From: Octopus bimaculoides
Lineage: Eukaryota
Assembly: GCF_001194135.2 (NCBI RefSeq)
Contig: NC_068988.1
Span: 94,469,057 to 94,533,056 of the forward strand
Reading direction: 5' to 3'
DNA: 64,000 nt
Shown here: piece after piece, positions 24,950 through 37,312 of the stretch
How the letters are laid out: the number at the start of each line of letters is the position of its first letter
Numbering within the stretch: position 1 is the first letter of the stretch
Translations under genes and position numbers: made by a program
Notes under the pieces: model-generated
Seen by the model: the letters and a program-made list of their open reading frames with translations, nothing else
What the model was told of the DNA's origin: nothing
Database searches by the model: none

Positions 24950-26105
24950 TCTTCTTGTTTCCTTTTTTTTTTTCACACCAACTGTATCTTCAATTTGTCT
25001 TTATTTCATGTAGTTCTACAATTGTTATCTTTGAATTTTCTTTTATTGGTTCCATCCATAGCATTGAGACATGTGTCCATGATCTTGGCTGGGTCTTAAA
25101 GAGCAGTAATAACAATGGATACAATCATCCTTTCTAACAGCTGCAGTACCGGATTTGGCAGTTAGGGATACCAGAGAGAAGGTATCACGAGATCAGCCTT
25201 AAAAAGAGTAAATAATTTAGTACTGAGATCGATATTATCTCAAACCCTCAATAAATTAACATGGTTGATCTTTGGTTAACTGCGCTGATCTTCAAACTAC
25301 TAAATACCTGACTCGATATATTTATTATAGCGGCTGGATAAATTAATAACAGTAGCACTTCTGTTAAACACACACACGTGTGTGTGTGTGAAGAATATCT
25401 GTATTAATACTAACTAGGGAGGCTGATATCTCCCAAAGGGTAACGTACAGTATCGTCTTTCTGAAATAAAACTTATAAGATTGAAATTGTACAACGGTAT
25501 CGCTGAAACAGTTGATACTGTTTATTTTACTGGACAGATGAGGGAATCGATTCAGACACTGCAAACATAATATACATGCGTGGATATGTATGTTTTCATG
25601 TGTATATTTGCCTACGTGTTTGTATACATATGCGCTCACGTGTATTTGTGTAAGTTTGTGCATATGCGTCTGTGTGTGTAGATGGAGATTGCGGAGATAG
25701 GAAGTGAATGCTTCAGTTGTATTAAGAAGGCTTTCTAACTTACGTTATGTTTTCAGGCGGCTGGAAACGCAGCCCAAATATTTTGCTTCTTCTCAAAAGT
25801 AAAATTTCAGTCTGCCCTTCACCTAGATTTTCAATTGATATACATCGTGAATAGATTTCAATCTATAATGCCAACATGATCCATTTAGCTCTCCAATTTA
25901 CGGATTAGAACACATTTAAGATTTATAGAAAGTATCACAAAGCAAAGCGAGTTTCAAATGAGACAAAAACAACATCAACAACATCAACAACAATGGCGTG
26001 AAGTAAACAAAACATGGACACCTTACAAACAACTCCTCTTTTTTTCTCATAAACACCAACTCTCACTCTCCCACATTCTCTTCCTCTCTCTCTCACTAGC
26101 ACTCC

Positions 26106-26158
<53 letters not shown>

Positions 26159-26629
26159 TCTCTCTTGCGCGCACACACACACTCTGTCAATAGCAGCTTA
26201 AGAAAATAACTCTGGAAAAAGTTAAGCCGCTGGTGTGATAGTTAAGTCACGTGTATCAGTCATTGTACAGTATTATAAAAATACATTGAAGGAGAATGCT
26301 AACGAATCAAAGGCTTAGTGGTGAGGATATTTATGTCAGCGATATTTACTCTATAATGTTTTATTCGGTGACAGATCTGTGCAAATTGCTCTGGCAGCCA
26401 TACTAAGACAATGCTAATACTCAAAACGACTACGAAGCGATATAGAGACAAAAAGTAGTGCAACGAAATAATTGTTTGTTACGTTATTAGGGAGAGTGAT
26501 GTACTGAAGGCAAGAATAAAGAGAAGTTGTGACGTTCATGCATTTATTAAATTTATTAATGATGCAAGTTAAAGAAATATTTTCAGCCAGACATGGCTGT
26601 ATTTTATTTATACGCTAAATTTGCTGCAG

Positions 26630-26930
26630 GGTAGCGTCCGGAGAAAGCTCCCCCAAACGAGGGCGGCTGTTATTTGGATATAAGTCATAGATTTACATAA
26701 GCCATAGATCCGACTGATATTGCACTACATGTCTCTGATAAAGAAAAACTGATTTGAACTTGTACCAATCAGTGAATACGGAGTGCATCCCAACCAATGA
26801 AGGGACACGCACCGTGGGTGGACTCGGGTGTTTATGTGACCTTAATTTTCCCTCGCATAGATGTGCAGATTTGTTGTTGTCTTCACTGAAGTTACCAGGT
26901 TAAACGTTTGCTTTCCATCGCAACACCAGC
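26630..26930. promoter_or_regulatory. Candidate promoter-like island with two CCAAT boxes 29 bp apart
   Basis: Locally CpG-containing non-repeat sequence; taCCAATcag (26765) and aaCCAATgaa (26794) fit the NF-Y consensus. No transcript evidence. Confidence 0.3.
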
Positions 26931-26936
26931 GTTGTA

Positions 26937-27305
26937 TTGGGCTGGCAACTAAGTTCCCACCGTTGCTTTTAAATTTAAATTTTTTTTAAAGGTTCAATAG
27001 AAAATAACAACTAATTAATCAATAATGTATTCACCCTTGTTGTTTACAACTTCTTCCCAACGTTCAACAAGATTTTGAATACCTCGTTGGTAGAAATCAC
27101 CCGATTTCGACTCGAAAAATTGATCCAACCAAGCTCTCAATTCTGCATCAGTATTGAAGGAAACTCCGCGAAAAGCATTTCAAAGAGATCGAAAGAGGTA
27201 GAGATCCGTTGGTGCCAAATCAGGAGAGTACGGCGGGTGTGGCAGCACTTCCCAGCCATGCGTTTGAATGGCTTCCTTGGTCATTTTGGCGATATGAGGG
27301 CCGGC
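26937..27305 (-). mobile_element. Mariner (DD34D) transposon 3' remnant with one TIR; transposase pseudogene 27015-27305
   Basis: Minus frame AGPHIAKMTKEAIQTHGWEVLPHPPYSPDLAPTDLYLFRSL*NAFRG...FYQRGIQNLVERWEEVVNNKGEYIID* contains the diagnostic YSPDLAP; TA + TTGGGCTGGCAACTAAG at 26935 resembles mellifera-subfamily TIRs. Confidence 0.95.
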
Positions 27306-27362
27306 AACTAAGGATTTGAATCCATACAGAGCATACGCACCACACACAGATACACAAACTGT

Positions 27363-27405
<43 letters not shown>

Positions 27406-27491
27406 TTCTATATATATATATATTTTTTATATATATAAAAGAGGAAAAAAAAGTAAAAAAAAACAAAATTAAGAATACATTTTATGGATAG

Positions 27492-27524
<33 letters not shown>

Positions 27525-28360
27525 AAGGTTAATCTTATCAGATTTCCTGCTGTTGAAATCACCTTTTTCATCCATTGTACAAACATTATGCACAAACTTC
27601 CAAAATCGATTTTAGCTTTTTTATCCTGCCACGATCGATAGTATTGGTACCAGTAATACAATACCATACCTACTCACAAGCATTCTTTCTCGGATAAAAG
27701 ATTACATAGGGAACAGCTAATTTACCCATACTCATAATTATATTAGCTATTTATTGCTTTGCTAGACCACATTTAATTCAGGCAATAAGGAGTTCACCTA
27801 TTGACACTCCTTCAATTATTTACTCTTTACATTCATTTCCGGCGTCTCAATGCAAATGTTGTGTATATTATAATGAAGTCTATCATGTACACGACTTATT
27901 TCCATCATCGATTGTTTTTCTCTGTGTGAAAAACTATTAACTTGTTTCTAATATAAAAGAACTCAATATTGTCACATGTAGGGAACAAGTTTCATTATCT
28001 GGAATTAAGTACATACCAATTTCGAATCGATAGAACATCAGTAAAAGACACAGCTAAAATCAACACAACACCTCCCAAGACAACACCACCGCTGTAGAAA
28101 ATACTAATAAAAAAAAGATACATTTAAAAAATAGCTCTCTGAGCATTGATCAAATTTCTTTTTTTTTTCCAGTAGTCTAACCTTGGAGCAAGTACAAATG
28201 CACCACAAAAGGCCATCGTTGCAACACTTTTCTACTATCTCGATACTACTTCAAGCCAAACATTCTGGGAAGTGGATACTGCGCTTCACTCCGCGTGGCC
28301 GTTTTACTCGCTGCTGTGATTCCCATTCAAACTCGAAATATCATTACGTCTATGGATATA

Positions 28361-28761
28361 TTTCTATTCTTTGCTACTCTAGGCACAAGGCCCAAAATTT
28401 TGGGGGAGGGGGACAGTCGATTAGATCGACCCAAGTACGTAACTGGTACTTAATTTATCGACTCCGAAGAGATGAAAAGCAAAGTCGACCTCAGCGGAGT
28501 TTGAACTCAGAACATAAAGACAGACGAAATACCGCTGAGCATTTCGCCCGGCGTGCTAACGTTTTTTATTTCTTTATTGCCCACAAGGGGCTAAACATAG
28601 AGTGGACAAACACGGACAGACAAAGGGATTAAGTCGATTACATCGACCCCAGTGTGTAACTGGTACTTAATTTATCGACTCCGAAAGGATGAAAAGCAAA
28701 GTCGACCTCGGCGGAATTTGAACTCAGAACGTAGCCGCTAAGCATTTCGCCCGGCTCGCCG
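28361..28761 (-). mobile_element. Two abutting SINE family A copies (28361-28563, 28564-28761) with different tails
   Basis: Two complete cores GTCGACCTC(A/G)GCGGA(G/A)TTTGAACTCAGAAC; tails CTAGGCACAAGGCCC and TTTCTTTATTGCCCACAAGGGGCTAAAC. Confidence 0.92.
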
Positions 28762-28803
28762 TTTCCAGTGCTTATTTTTGTTTTTAAGTCTGCTACTCTA
28801 CTT

Positions 28804-28854
<51 letters not shown>

Positions 28855-28895
28855 ACACCCACACACACACACACCCACACACACACGCACACAAA

Positions 28896-29047
28896 CGTCT
28901 TTACGTTCTCATTCCAAATTCTGCCGAGGTCGACTTTGACTTCCAGCTTTTCGGGGTCGATAAAATAAGTACCAGTTGCGTACTGGGGACGATGAAATCA
29001 GCTTACAATCTCATGCCGAATTTGTTGGTCTTGAACCAAGCTAATAT
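28896..29047 (+). mobile_element. SINE family A, head-truncated
   Basis: GCCGAGGTCGACTTTGACTTCCAGCTTTTCGGGGTCGATAAAATAAGTACCAGTTGCGTACTGGGG. Confidence 0.85.
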
Positions 29048-29736
29048 CGGTTTCAAATTTTGGTCCAAGGCCAAAATTTAAGACCGATATTAGCTTGCGG
29101 CCAATTTAACTCTTTTCCTAGAGTTTACAACAAAAATTAGTTCCTAATGTGTTTATTCAGGAGCCAGATTTGTTTTCTACAAGTTAGAGTGTAATTGAAG
29201 CAAAGAACACAAAACAAGTTCATGGTAGCTCTCTTCTACCATGAACTTGCCATAGTAGTTCTCTGTTCAGTAACCAATTTCTTTTTATGAATATTAGCAT
29301 TGTGGTATACGGCCACAAATTTTTAAGAATGAAGTATATTCGGTTAAATCGACCCGAAGATATCTCTGGTATTTATTTCCTAGACCATCTACTCCCAACC
29401 CAAATGAAGAAGAGCGGAACCAGTCTCAGTAAGATTTGAACTTATATAGTAAGGCAATTAATGCGGTCGACCAATACATCACCGCTTTAGCAACTAATAC
29501 AATAATATTTTGCTATCTCAAAGAAATCGATTCCTGCTTTTCTTTTACTATTTTTTGTAACAGATCAATGAGTTTAAAACATTTTCTATGTAAACTAAAT
29601 ATTTCATCTCACTCGTCACTTTCCCTTGGTATCGCGGCCTTTATGTTTTATTATAATTTCTCTTGCCGTTATGATTGGTGAAAAGCAATAGAAAAACTTA
29701 ACAGAAAATGAAATGGATGTTTCAAATAGATTTACA

Positions 29737-29790
<54 letters not shown>

Positions 29791-29958
29791 ACACACAAGA
29801 AGAGATATGTATGTGTGTTTATGTAAGTATTTATTCAAGTACAAGTGTAAATATATATGTTCTTGTGTATACCAATGTATGTGTGTTTGTGCACGTGAGA
29901 GTTTATATGTTTGTGTGCACAACAGAGCAATGTGTACGATAAATGCAAAAAGTGGAAA

Positions 29959-30057
<99 letters not shown>

Positions 30058-30413
30058 AGGAGGAGCTGGATAATGAGAAATCACTGATCCGCACGAATCA
30101 GTCATTTTCTCAGTGAGCTGATTTTGTGTGGAGGTCGGGTATAATTCTCTGTGAAGCAGAAATAATTCTTCAAAAGTCTAGCACGAAATGAATGGCTGTT
30201 GTAAAGATTAATATCTTTGTCAAATAACTGTAGTGATTGATCCGGAATATCATGGCTCATCAGTTACAGATTCTCTGAGGAAACCTGTCGTCTTGGTGAA
30301 CATACAATGTTGACCAGCTGCAGCGAAGTTGGCAGATTTAAGATAGAAATTCCTTCTTTAGGCAAACAGCCAAATCTTGTAACGTACTTGTATAGTTTAT
30401 TGGATGGACTCCT

Positions 30414-30795
<382 letters not shown>

Positions 30796-30917
30796 TATAA
30801 TGATAATGTCTTACAGAGGTACAAAGACAGGAACTGTGTGAAAGGAGTCATTTGATTATAAAGACGCCTTACTCCTCGACCTAGTATTTCATTTTACCGA
30901 CCTCGGAAGGGATTGAT

Positions 30918-31078
30918 GAAATGCCTTGCCGTATTTGTTCCTGCTCTTCAGGTTTGGTTCTGAGTTCAAATCTCGGCCAATTTTCCGCTTCATCCTTTCA
31001 GGATCGATAAAATAAATTACCATTGAAATTGTGGTATGGACGGTATTAACTTATCTGTCTCACCTCAAACTTCCTGGC
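30918..31078 (+). mobile_element. SINE family A, highly diverged
   Basis: GAAATGCCTTGCCGTATTTG, TTCTGAGTTCAAATCTCGGCC, TTCATCCTTTCAGGATCGATAAAATAA. Confidence 0.7.
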
Positions 31079-31125
31079 TGCTCCTACATTATATACGATC
31101 GTCGTCGTTGTTGTCGTCATCATCA

Positions 31126-31156
<31 letters not shown>

Positions 31157-31565
31157 CATCGTCAACAGCAGCAACAGCATCACTATTAATGCCATTCACT
31201 TCTGACCCAGCAAGACGCTCTCCAAAGGGTAAGTTTTTCTCTGAGATGAAATACTTCTTTTACTAAAACTACTCGTATAGATAGCTTCCGAAAGCTTGGA
31301 GACTACCTGCACAGGGTTGACAAGGTATACAAAGCATGTTGATTTTTACTTTTCCCTTTAGGCTGTCGAGTATCAAAGCATTACAAAATCTTTAGCGGAT
31401 CGGTGTTCGCCACTGAGGATGGGCACAAATAGCGCGGAACCGTTACGGTCTGGTGATCCCGTCGTCTGCTGGAAATTGTAGGAGGTTCGCTCCTCAGTTT
31501 GTAATAGATATCGGATGCAGACTGCATCGATAACAAGCTGGGGGAAGCTCTTCCTTGATATATTC

Positions 31566-31796
31566 TGTGTGCGCTTTTGTGTCTGTGTTTGTCTCGCCAC
31601 ACCATCGCTTGACAACCGATGCTGGTGTGTTTACGACCCCCGTAACTTAGCGGTTCGGCAAAAGGGACCAATAGAATATGTACAAGGCTTACAAAGAATA
31701 AATCCTGGGAGCGATTTCTTCGACTAAAACTCTTTAAGGCGGTGCTGCAGCATGGCCACTGTTAAATGAGTGAAACAAGTAACAGAATAAAAGAAT
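31566..31796 (+). mobile_element. SINE family B 3' half
   Basis: ATCGCTTGACAACCGATGCTGGTGTGTTTACG...GTAACTTAGCGGTTCGGCAAAAG...CAGCATGGCC...GTGAAACAAG, collinear with 10600-10775. Confidence 0.88.
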
Positions 31797-32210
31797 TAAA
31801 AGTAACATTGTCATGAACGATAACATTTCAGCTCAATCATCGATTATTTTGTTTGAGAGAGAAAAAGAAAAAAAAAGAAAGAAATACGGTCTTCAGTACC
31901 TTCGGAAGGACAAAAGCCGCCCGAGTAATGTTAAGGCCCAGCAATGGCTTGGCTTCACCCAAATTTTAGTGTCCCTTTAAATTGCCAGTAAATGTTAGGG
32001 GATGCAAACAATGGAAGTGTTGGGAAAGGGAAAGTTAAGTATCGCTTCTGTGTTTTTATGCCACGTCAAATGTGTGCAGCAAATGCTTGTCCTCTCTGCT
32101 TGCAATTGTCTGTAATTGTCTCAAATTATAGCATTTAGCAGTTTATGTTCACCGTCTATAAGGCTTCCATAGAATAAAATATCATGAGAAGTTGTCATTC
32201 GATACATCCA

Positions 32211-32594
32211 AACAAGGACAGACAAAGGGATTATGTCGATTATATCGACCCCAGTGCGTAACTGGTACTTAATTTATTGACCCTGAAAGGATGAAAGGCA
32301 AAGTCGACCTCGGCGGAATTTGAACTCAGAACGTAACGGCAGATGAAATACTGCTAAGCATTTCGCCCGGCGTGCTAACGTTTCTGCCAGCTCGCTGCCG
32401 TTATCCGTGTTATGTCTTTTCTACTATAGGCACAAGGCCTGAAGTTTGGGAGAAGGGGATAATCGATTACATCGACCCCGGAAGGATGAAAGGCAAAGTT
32501 GACCTCGGCGGAATTTGAACTTAGAACGTAGCGACGGGCGAAATACCGCTAAGCATTTCGTCCAGCGTGCTAACGAATCTGCCAGCTCGCCGCT
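32211..32594 (-). mobile_element. Head-to-tail pair of SINE family A copies (32211-32400, 32415-32594)
   Basis: Two heads ending GCCAGCTCGC and two cores; the second copy lacks the segment between the two internal TCGACCCC repeats. Confidence 0.92.
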
Positions 32595-34207
32595 TTTATT
32601 CATGTTATAATACAAACATTAATAGCAAACAAAGCTATTAACTTCTCATCCCTACGGACGAAAACTTCCCTCAAAATAAAATTAGATCAGGCGTATTTTC
32701 CTGCAAAAGACTTACATAGACTGACTCTTTGACGGAACAATTTTCTAATACTGATTATAAACTCACAAAGCAACTACATATAAAGAAAATAGCTTGGAAA
32801 GGTTGATATTATTAATGTCATCAAAATAGCTGGTTATATAACTAAAGTTGCTGATCTAAAAACAAGGATCATTTGGTATTTGTAAACCACAGACTGCGAG
32901 TTGTCGACGCTCTCATGCCTCATTGTCGAGTAAAAGAAAAATAAAAGAAGGAAAAACAGAACACAACACAGGAATCAGTCGTTCGTGTCTGCCATGTTGT
33001 TAAAGGCAAATATCTCTTTTCCAATCATCTCCACTGAACCAAAACCACTAATTGTAACAACAACATTAACAGCAAATTTGTCGCCATAAAAACAGTGCTA
33101 AATTCTTTCTTTCCTGTCATTAAATGGCAGCAAATACTCCAATTGTAGAACAGGCAATTCTGCTCACCAACACCACCAACACCAGCACCACCACAACCAC
33201 TACCACCACCACAGCCACAACATGTCACACTATCTCCATGCCCAGCTTCGACTATTTGCTAATCTCCAGCTACCACCCCCNNNNNNNNNNNNNNNNNNNN
33301 NNNNNNNNNNNNNNNNNNNNNNNNNNNNNNNNNNNNNNNNNNNNNNNNNNNNNNNNNNNNNNNNNNNNNNNNNNNNNNNNNNNNNNNNNNNNNNNNNNNN
33401 NNNNNNNNNNNNNNNNNNNNNNNNNNNNNNNNNNNNNNNNNNNNNNNNNNNNNNNNNNNNNNNNNNNNNNNNNNNNNNNNNNNNNNNNNNNNNNNNNNNN
33501 NNNNNNNNNNNNNNNNNNNNNNNNNNNNNNNNNNNNNNNNNNNNNNNNNNNNNNNNNNNNNNNNNNNNNNNNNNNNNNNNNNNNNNNNNNNNNNNNNNNN
33601 NNNNNNNNNNNNNNNNNNNNNNNNNNNNNNNNNNNNNNNNNNNNNNNNNNNNNNNNNNNNNNNNNNNNNNNNNNNNNNNNNNNNNNNNNNNNNNNNNNNN
33701 NNNNNNNNNNNNNNNNNNNNNNNNNNNNNNNNNNNNNNNNNNNNNNNNNNNNNNNNNNNNNNNNNNNNNNNNNNNNNNNNNNCACCACCACCATCGCCAC
33801 TACCACCACCACCACAACACCACCACCACTGCCACCACCACCACTACCACTGCCACCACCACCACAACACCACCACCACTGCCATCACCACCAGCATCCA
33901 TCCTAGTAGCTCAGTTCTCCTTTCTATCTCCTTCTCTCTCTCTCTCTTTCTTTCTAAATGTTTCTCTTCTTCTTCCTCACGTATATATTATCTCCCCCCC
34001 ACCTCTCAATTTAATCAATACTTTCTCCCTCCAAGCCACACTTAACATTTCAGCAATCAGCTGTTATTATAACTTGCTCCTTCTTCTTACTCATCTCAAC
34101 TCCTTTTTTTTCCCCTAACTAAATACTCATCAACCTCTTAACTAGATTTCTACTTTTAGGCACTCATAATTTCGAGCAATTATTTTCATCTTTCATTTAC
34201 TAATTTC

Positions 34208-34369
34208 TTATCCTCCTCTTCCTCCTCTTCCACTTCCTCCTCTTCCACTTCCTCCTCTTCCACTTCCTCCTCTTCCACTTCCTCCTCTTCCACTTCCTCC
34301 TCTTCCACTTCCTCCTCTTCCACTTCCTCCTCTTCCACTTCCTCCTCTTCCACTTCCTCCTCTTCCTCT
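34208..34369. repeat. 15-bp polypyrimidine minisatellite (TTCCACTTCCTCCTC)n
   Basis: About ten near-perfect units; produces the EEEEV ORF on the minus strand. Confidence 0.95.
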
Positions 34370-34418
34370 CTTGTTTTGCTCTCCCTCATCATCAGTATTT
34401 CTATTTAACTTTATTATC

Positions 34419-34472
<54 letters not shown>

Positions 34473-34860
34473 CGTCATTTCCTTTGCACAGCTTCTAACG
34501 CTGGAGCTGTACTACGGTGTCAGCTGTCAACTACCATTGAACTAAGGTAACACCCCTTATTTTTCGACCACCTTCCGGGGTATTCGGGCGGTTCCAAGCA
34601 TTGCTGTTTTCTGCAAGTGCTCCACCCTTATTGCAGCCCCTATTTGTTCCATGTACTTCAAGAGATTTTTACTCACTGTTCCCAGGACTCTGACAATTAT
34701 TGGTACTACTACCACCTTTTTCATCGACCACAACTGCTTAACTTCCCAAGCTAACCTGTCATATCAACCGACTTTTCTTTCTTTCCTATCGCATACCTTG
34801 TTATCAGATGGGCATGCTATGTCTATGATCCAACACAGTATGCTTTCTTTCTCAATTATT
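34473..34860 (-). mobile_element. 5'-truncated R4/Dong-type non-LTR retrotransposon (RLE endonuclease pseudogene 34557-34859 plus 3' UTR) within (TAA)n
   Basis: Minus frame IIEKESILCWIIDIACPSDNKVCDRKERKVG*YDRLAWEVKQLWSMKKVVVVPIIVRVLGTVSKNLLKYMEQIGAAIRVEHLQKTAMLGTARIPRKVVEK* fits the RLE pattern IIDIAxP...KxxKY...VPIVxGxLG...LGTA; TAA repeats on both sides. Confidence 0.88.
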
Positions 34861-34882
34861 GTTACTATTATTATTATTATCA

Positions 34883-34928
<46 letters not shown>

Positions 34929-34958
34929 NNNNNNNNNNATTATTATTATTATTATTAT

Positions 34959-35023
<65 letters not shown>

Positions 35024-35044
35024 TTATTATTATTATTATTATTG

Positions 35045-35264
35045 GGTGGTGAGCTGGCAGAAACGGTTGCACACCGGACATAATGCTTGACAGCATTTCG
35101 ACCGTCTTTACGTTCTGAGCTTAAATTTTGCTGAGGTCGATTGATTATACCTTTCATCATTTCGGGGTCGATAAAATAGGTTATTGTCGAGCACTGAGGT
35201 TGATGCAATTGTCTTACCCCCTCCCCGGAAATTACTGGCCTTGTGCTCAAATTTGAAACCAGTT
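35045..35264 (+). mobile_element. SINE family A, diverged full copy
   Basis: GGTGAGCTGGCAGAAACGGTTGCAC head; TTTCGGGGTCGATAAAATA core; GGCCTTGTGCTCAAATTTGAAACC tail. Confidence 0.85.
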
Positions 35265-35499
35265 AAAAGTATTGGAGTTCATGTAGTCCACTTCTCCTTC
35301 CCCTCAGAAACTACGTGGCCCTTCCCCTCAGATTTCAGACCTTGTACCTATAACCGAAAAGTTCATCGTCACCATGTTTACCATCATCGCCTTCGTCGTC
35401 GCCGTCATCATCATCATTTCTCTGTTACCAAAGACTCTTACAATTTACATTGAGATGACAAAATTAAGGAAGTCAGAAAGACGAGGTTTTGGCCAATCC

Positions 35500-36288
35500 C
35501 TACAACAGTGACAAACCAATTTACACATTTCTGTTCAGTCTTTAGCTATCAACGTTTTATCCTCCTTCGAAATTTCTCTTCTTGTTCCTCTTATCTCCCT
35601 TTCTTGCACCAACTTCCGCCACCTTTCACTGCCTGCATTCATTTCTCTCTAGACCATTCTCTGTTCCTCATTCATTACCTATCATCTATATATTTCATCC
35701 ATAACACTCTCTTTCCCCTTCTCTCTCTCCCTATCTTTTGCTCTCTTTCTAATATTTACTCCAGCATATATATCTATCCCTTTTCAACATTCCTCCATTA
35801 TCCCCCGCGTCCGTCTTCTCATCTTATTTCCTCTCGATATTTACCTCACTTTCAATCTCTATTCTCCATTTCCCTCTTTCCAACACACGTCTTTCTCTTA
35901 AATTTCTCATTTTCTTTCCTCTGTATTTCGCACTCACTTTTTCCTTCACAATCTCCCTTTCTTTTTTCTACATTGTCATCGTTTCTTAACCATCTCCCTT
36001 CTCTCTCTCCCTCTCCCTCTCCCTCTTACTCACTCTCTCTCTTTCTCTCTCTACTCCGCCTCCTCTCTACCTCTCTTCCTCAGTATCACCGCTGGTCTGA
36101 GATTCCAAAACGAACCAAAGGTTAAACGCAAACAAATTCTGTTTCGATGTTATTAAAACATTCAAGGCTTTTGGCGGGCAAAAATATTATTATTGATTTT
36201 ACGCAATATTTTTAGCTTTGTTTTGGTGGCATTTATATTTTCTAATTACCAGAACCGACATGTTTACTTTTTGCTTCTCTGGATTACA

Positions 36289-36319
<31 letters not shown>

Positions 36320-36777
36320 TTCTTTCCTTTCTTTCTCTTTCTCACTTTCTCGCCGTCCTCTCTCTCTTTCTCTTTTTTCCTTTCTCTCTCTCCCCATTCC
36401 TCTCTCACTCCCCCTCCGTCCTCTCTCTCTCCTTCTCTCTCTCTATCTCTTTCTTTCCTTTCTATCTCTCGCTCCCCATTCCTCTCTCTCTCTCTGTTTC
36501 TTTCTCTCTCTTTGTTTCTTTCTCTCTCTCTGTTCCTCTCTCTTTCTGTCCGTCCGTTTCTCTTTCTTTCTCTCTCTCTCTCATTCTCTCTTCTTTCCCC
36601 CCCCCCCACCTCTCTCCTATCTATTTCTGTCCTGCTCATCTCTACCTAACTCAATGCCTTTTCCAAATTAAGATTTCCCGGTAATTCCATTGCCTCCTTT
36701 TCTTTCTTTCTTCCTTTACTTCTTCCCTTCTTTCTTCCTATTTTTCTTTTTCTCACCCTATTCTCTCCCCACTCTCC

Positions 36778-36819
<42 letters not shown>

Positions 36820-37240
36820 TACATATAAACAAACACACTCACTTAAACATTCATATGGGCTGCAGTCATCAAGTTTCTACCTCTTTACCACGTTTATACA
36901 TTTAGGTCTATTTCATTACTTTACTTATCTCTCTCTCTCTCCTTCTCTATCTCCCCCTCTCTCTCTTTCTCTCCCTGAAACTCTCTTTCTCGTCCTCTCT
37001 CTTTCTCGTCCTCTCTCTTTCTCGTCCTCTCTCTGTCTCGTCTTCTCTCTTTCTCGTCCTCTCTCTTTTTTTCTATCTTCACCTCCAAGGCATCGGCAAC
37101 ATATCTCTCTCTTCATTTTATTAAGATCTCAGCTTTAACTACATATTTCTTCTGCCTTTCGTTCTCTCTGTTTCTCACCGTTTCTATTGCCTTTAAGATG
37201 GCAGTAACATCTCTTCTCTCACACTCTCATTCACTCAGTG
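35500..37240. repeat. About 1.7-kb pyrimidine-rich low-complexity domain including (CT)n and a 16-bp x5 array at 36981-37060
   Basis: Strong C/T strand bias; unit CTCTCTTTCTCGTCCT repeated five times. Confidence 0.9.
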
Positions 37241-37254
37241 ACTTGCAATCACAC

Positions 37255-37312
<58 letters not shown>

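Noticed and set aside
34186-34392. Acidic EEEEV-repeat protein ORF
   Set aside because: Entirely a 15-bp DNA minisatellite without splice context.
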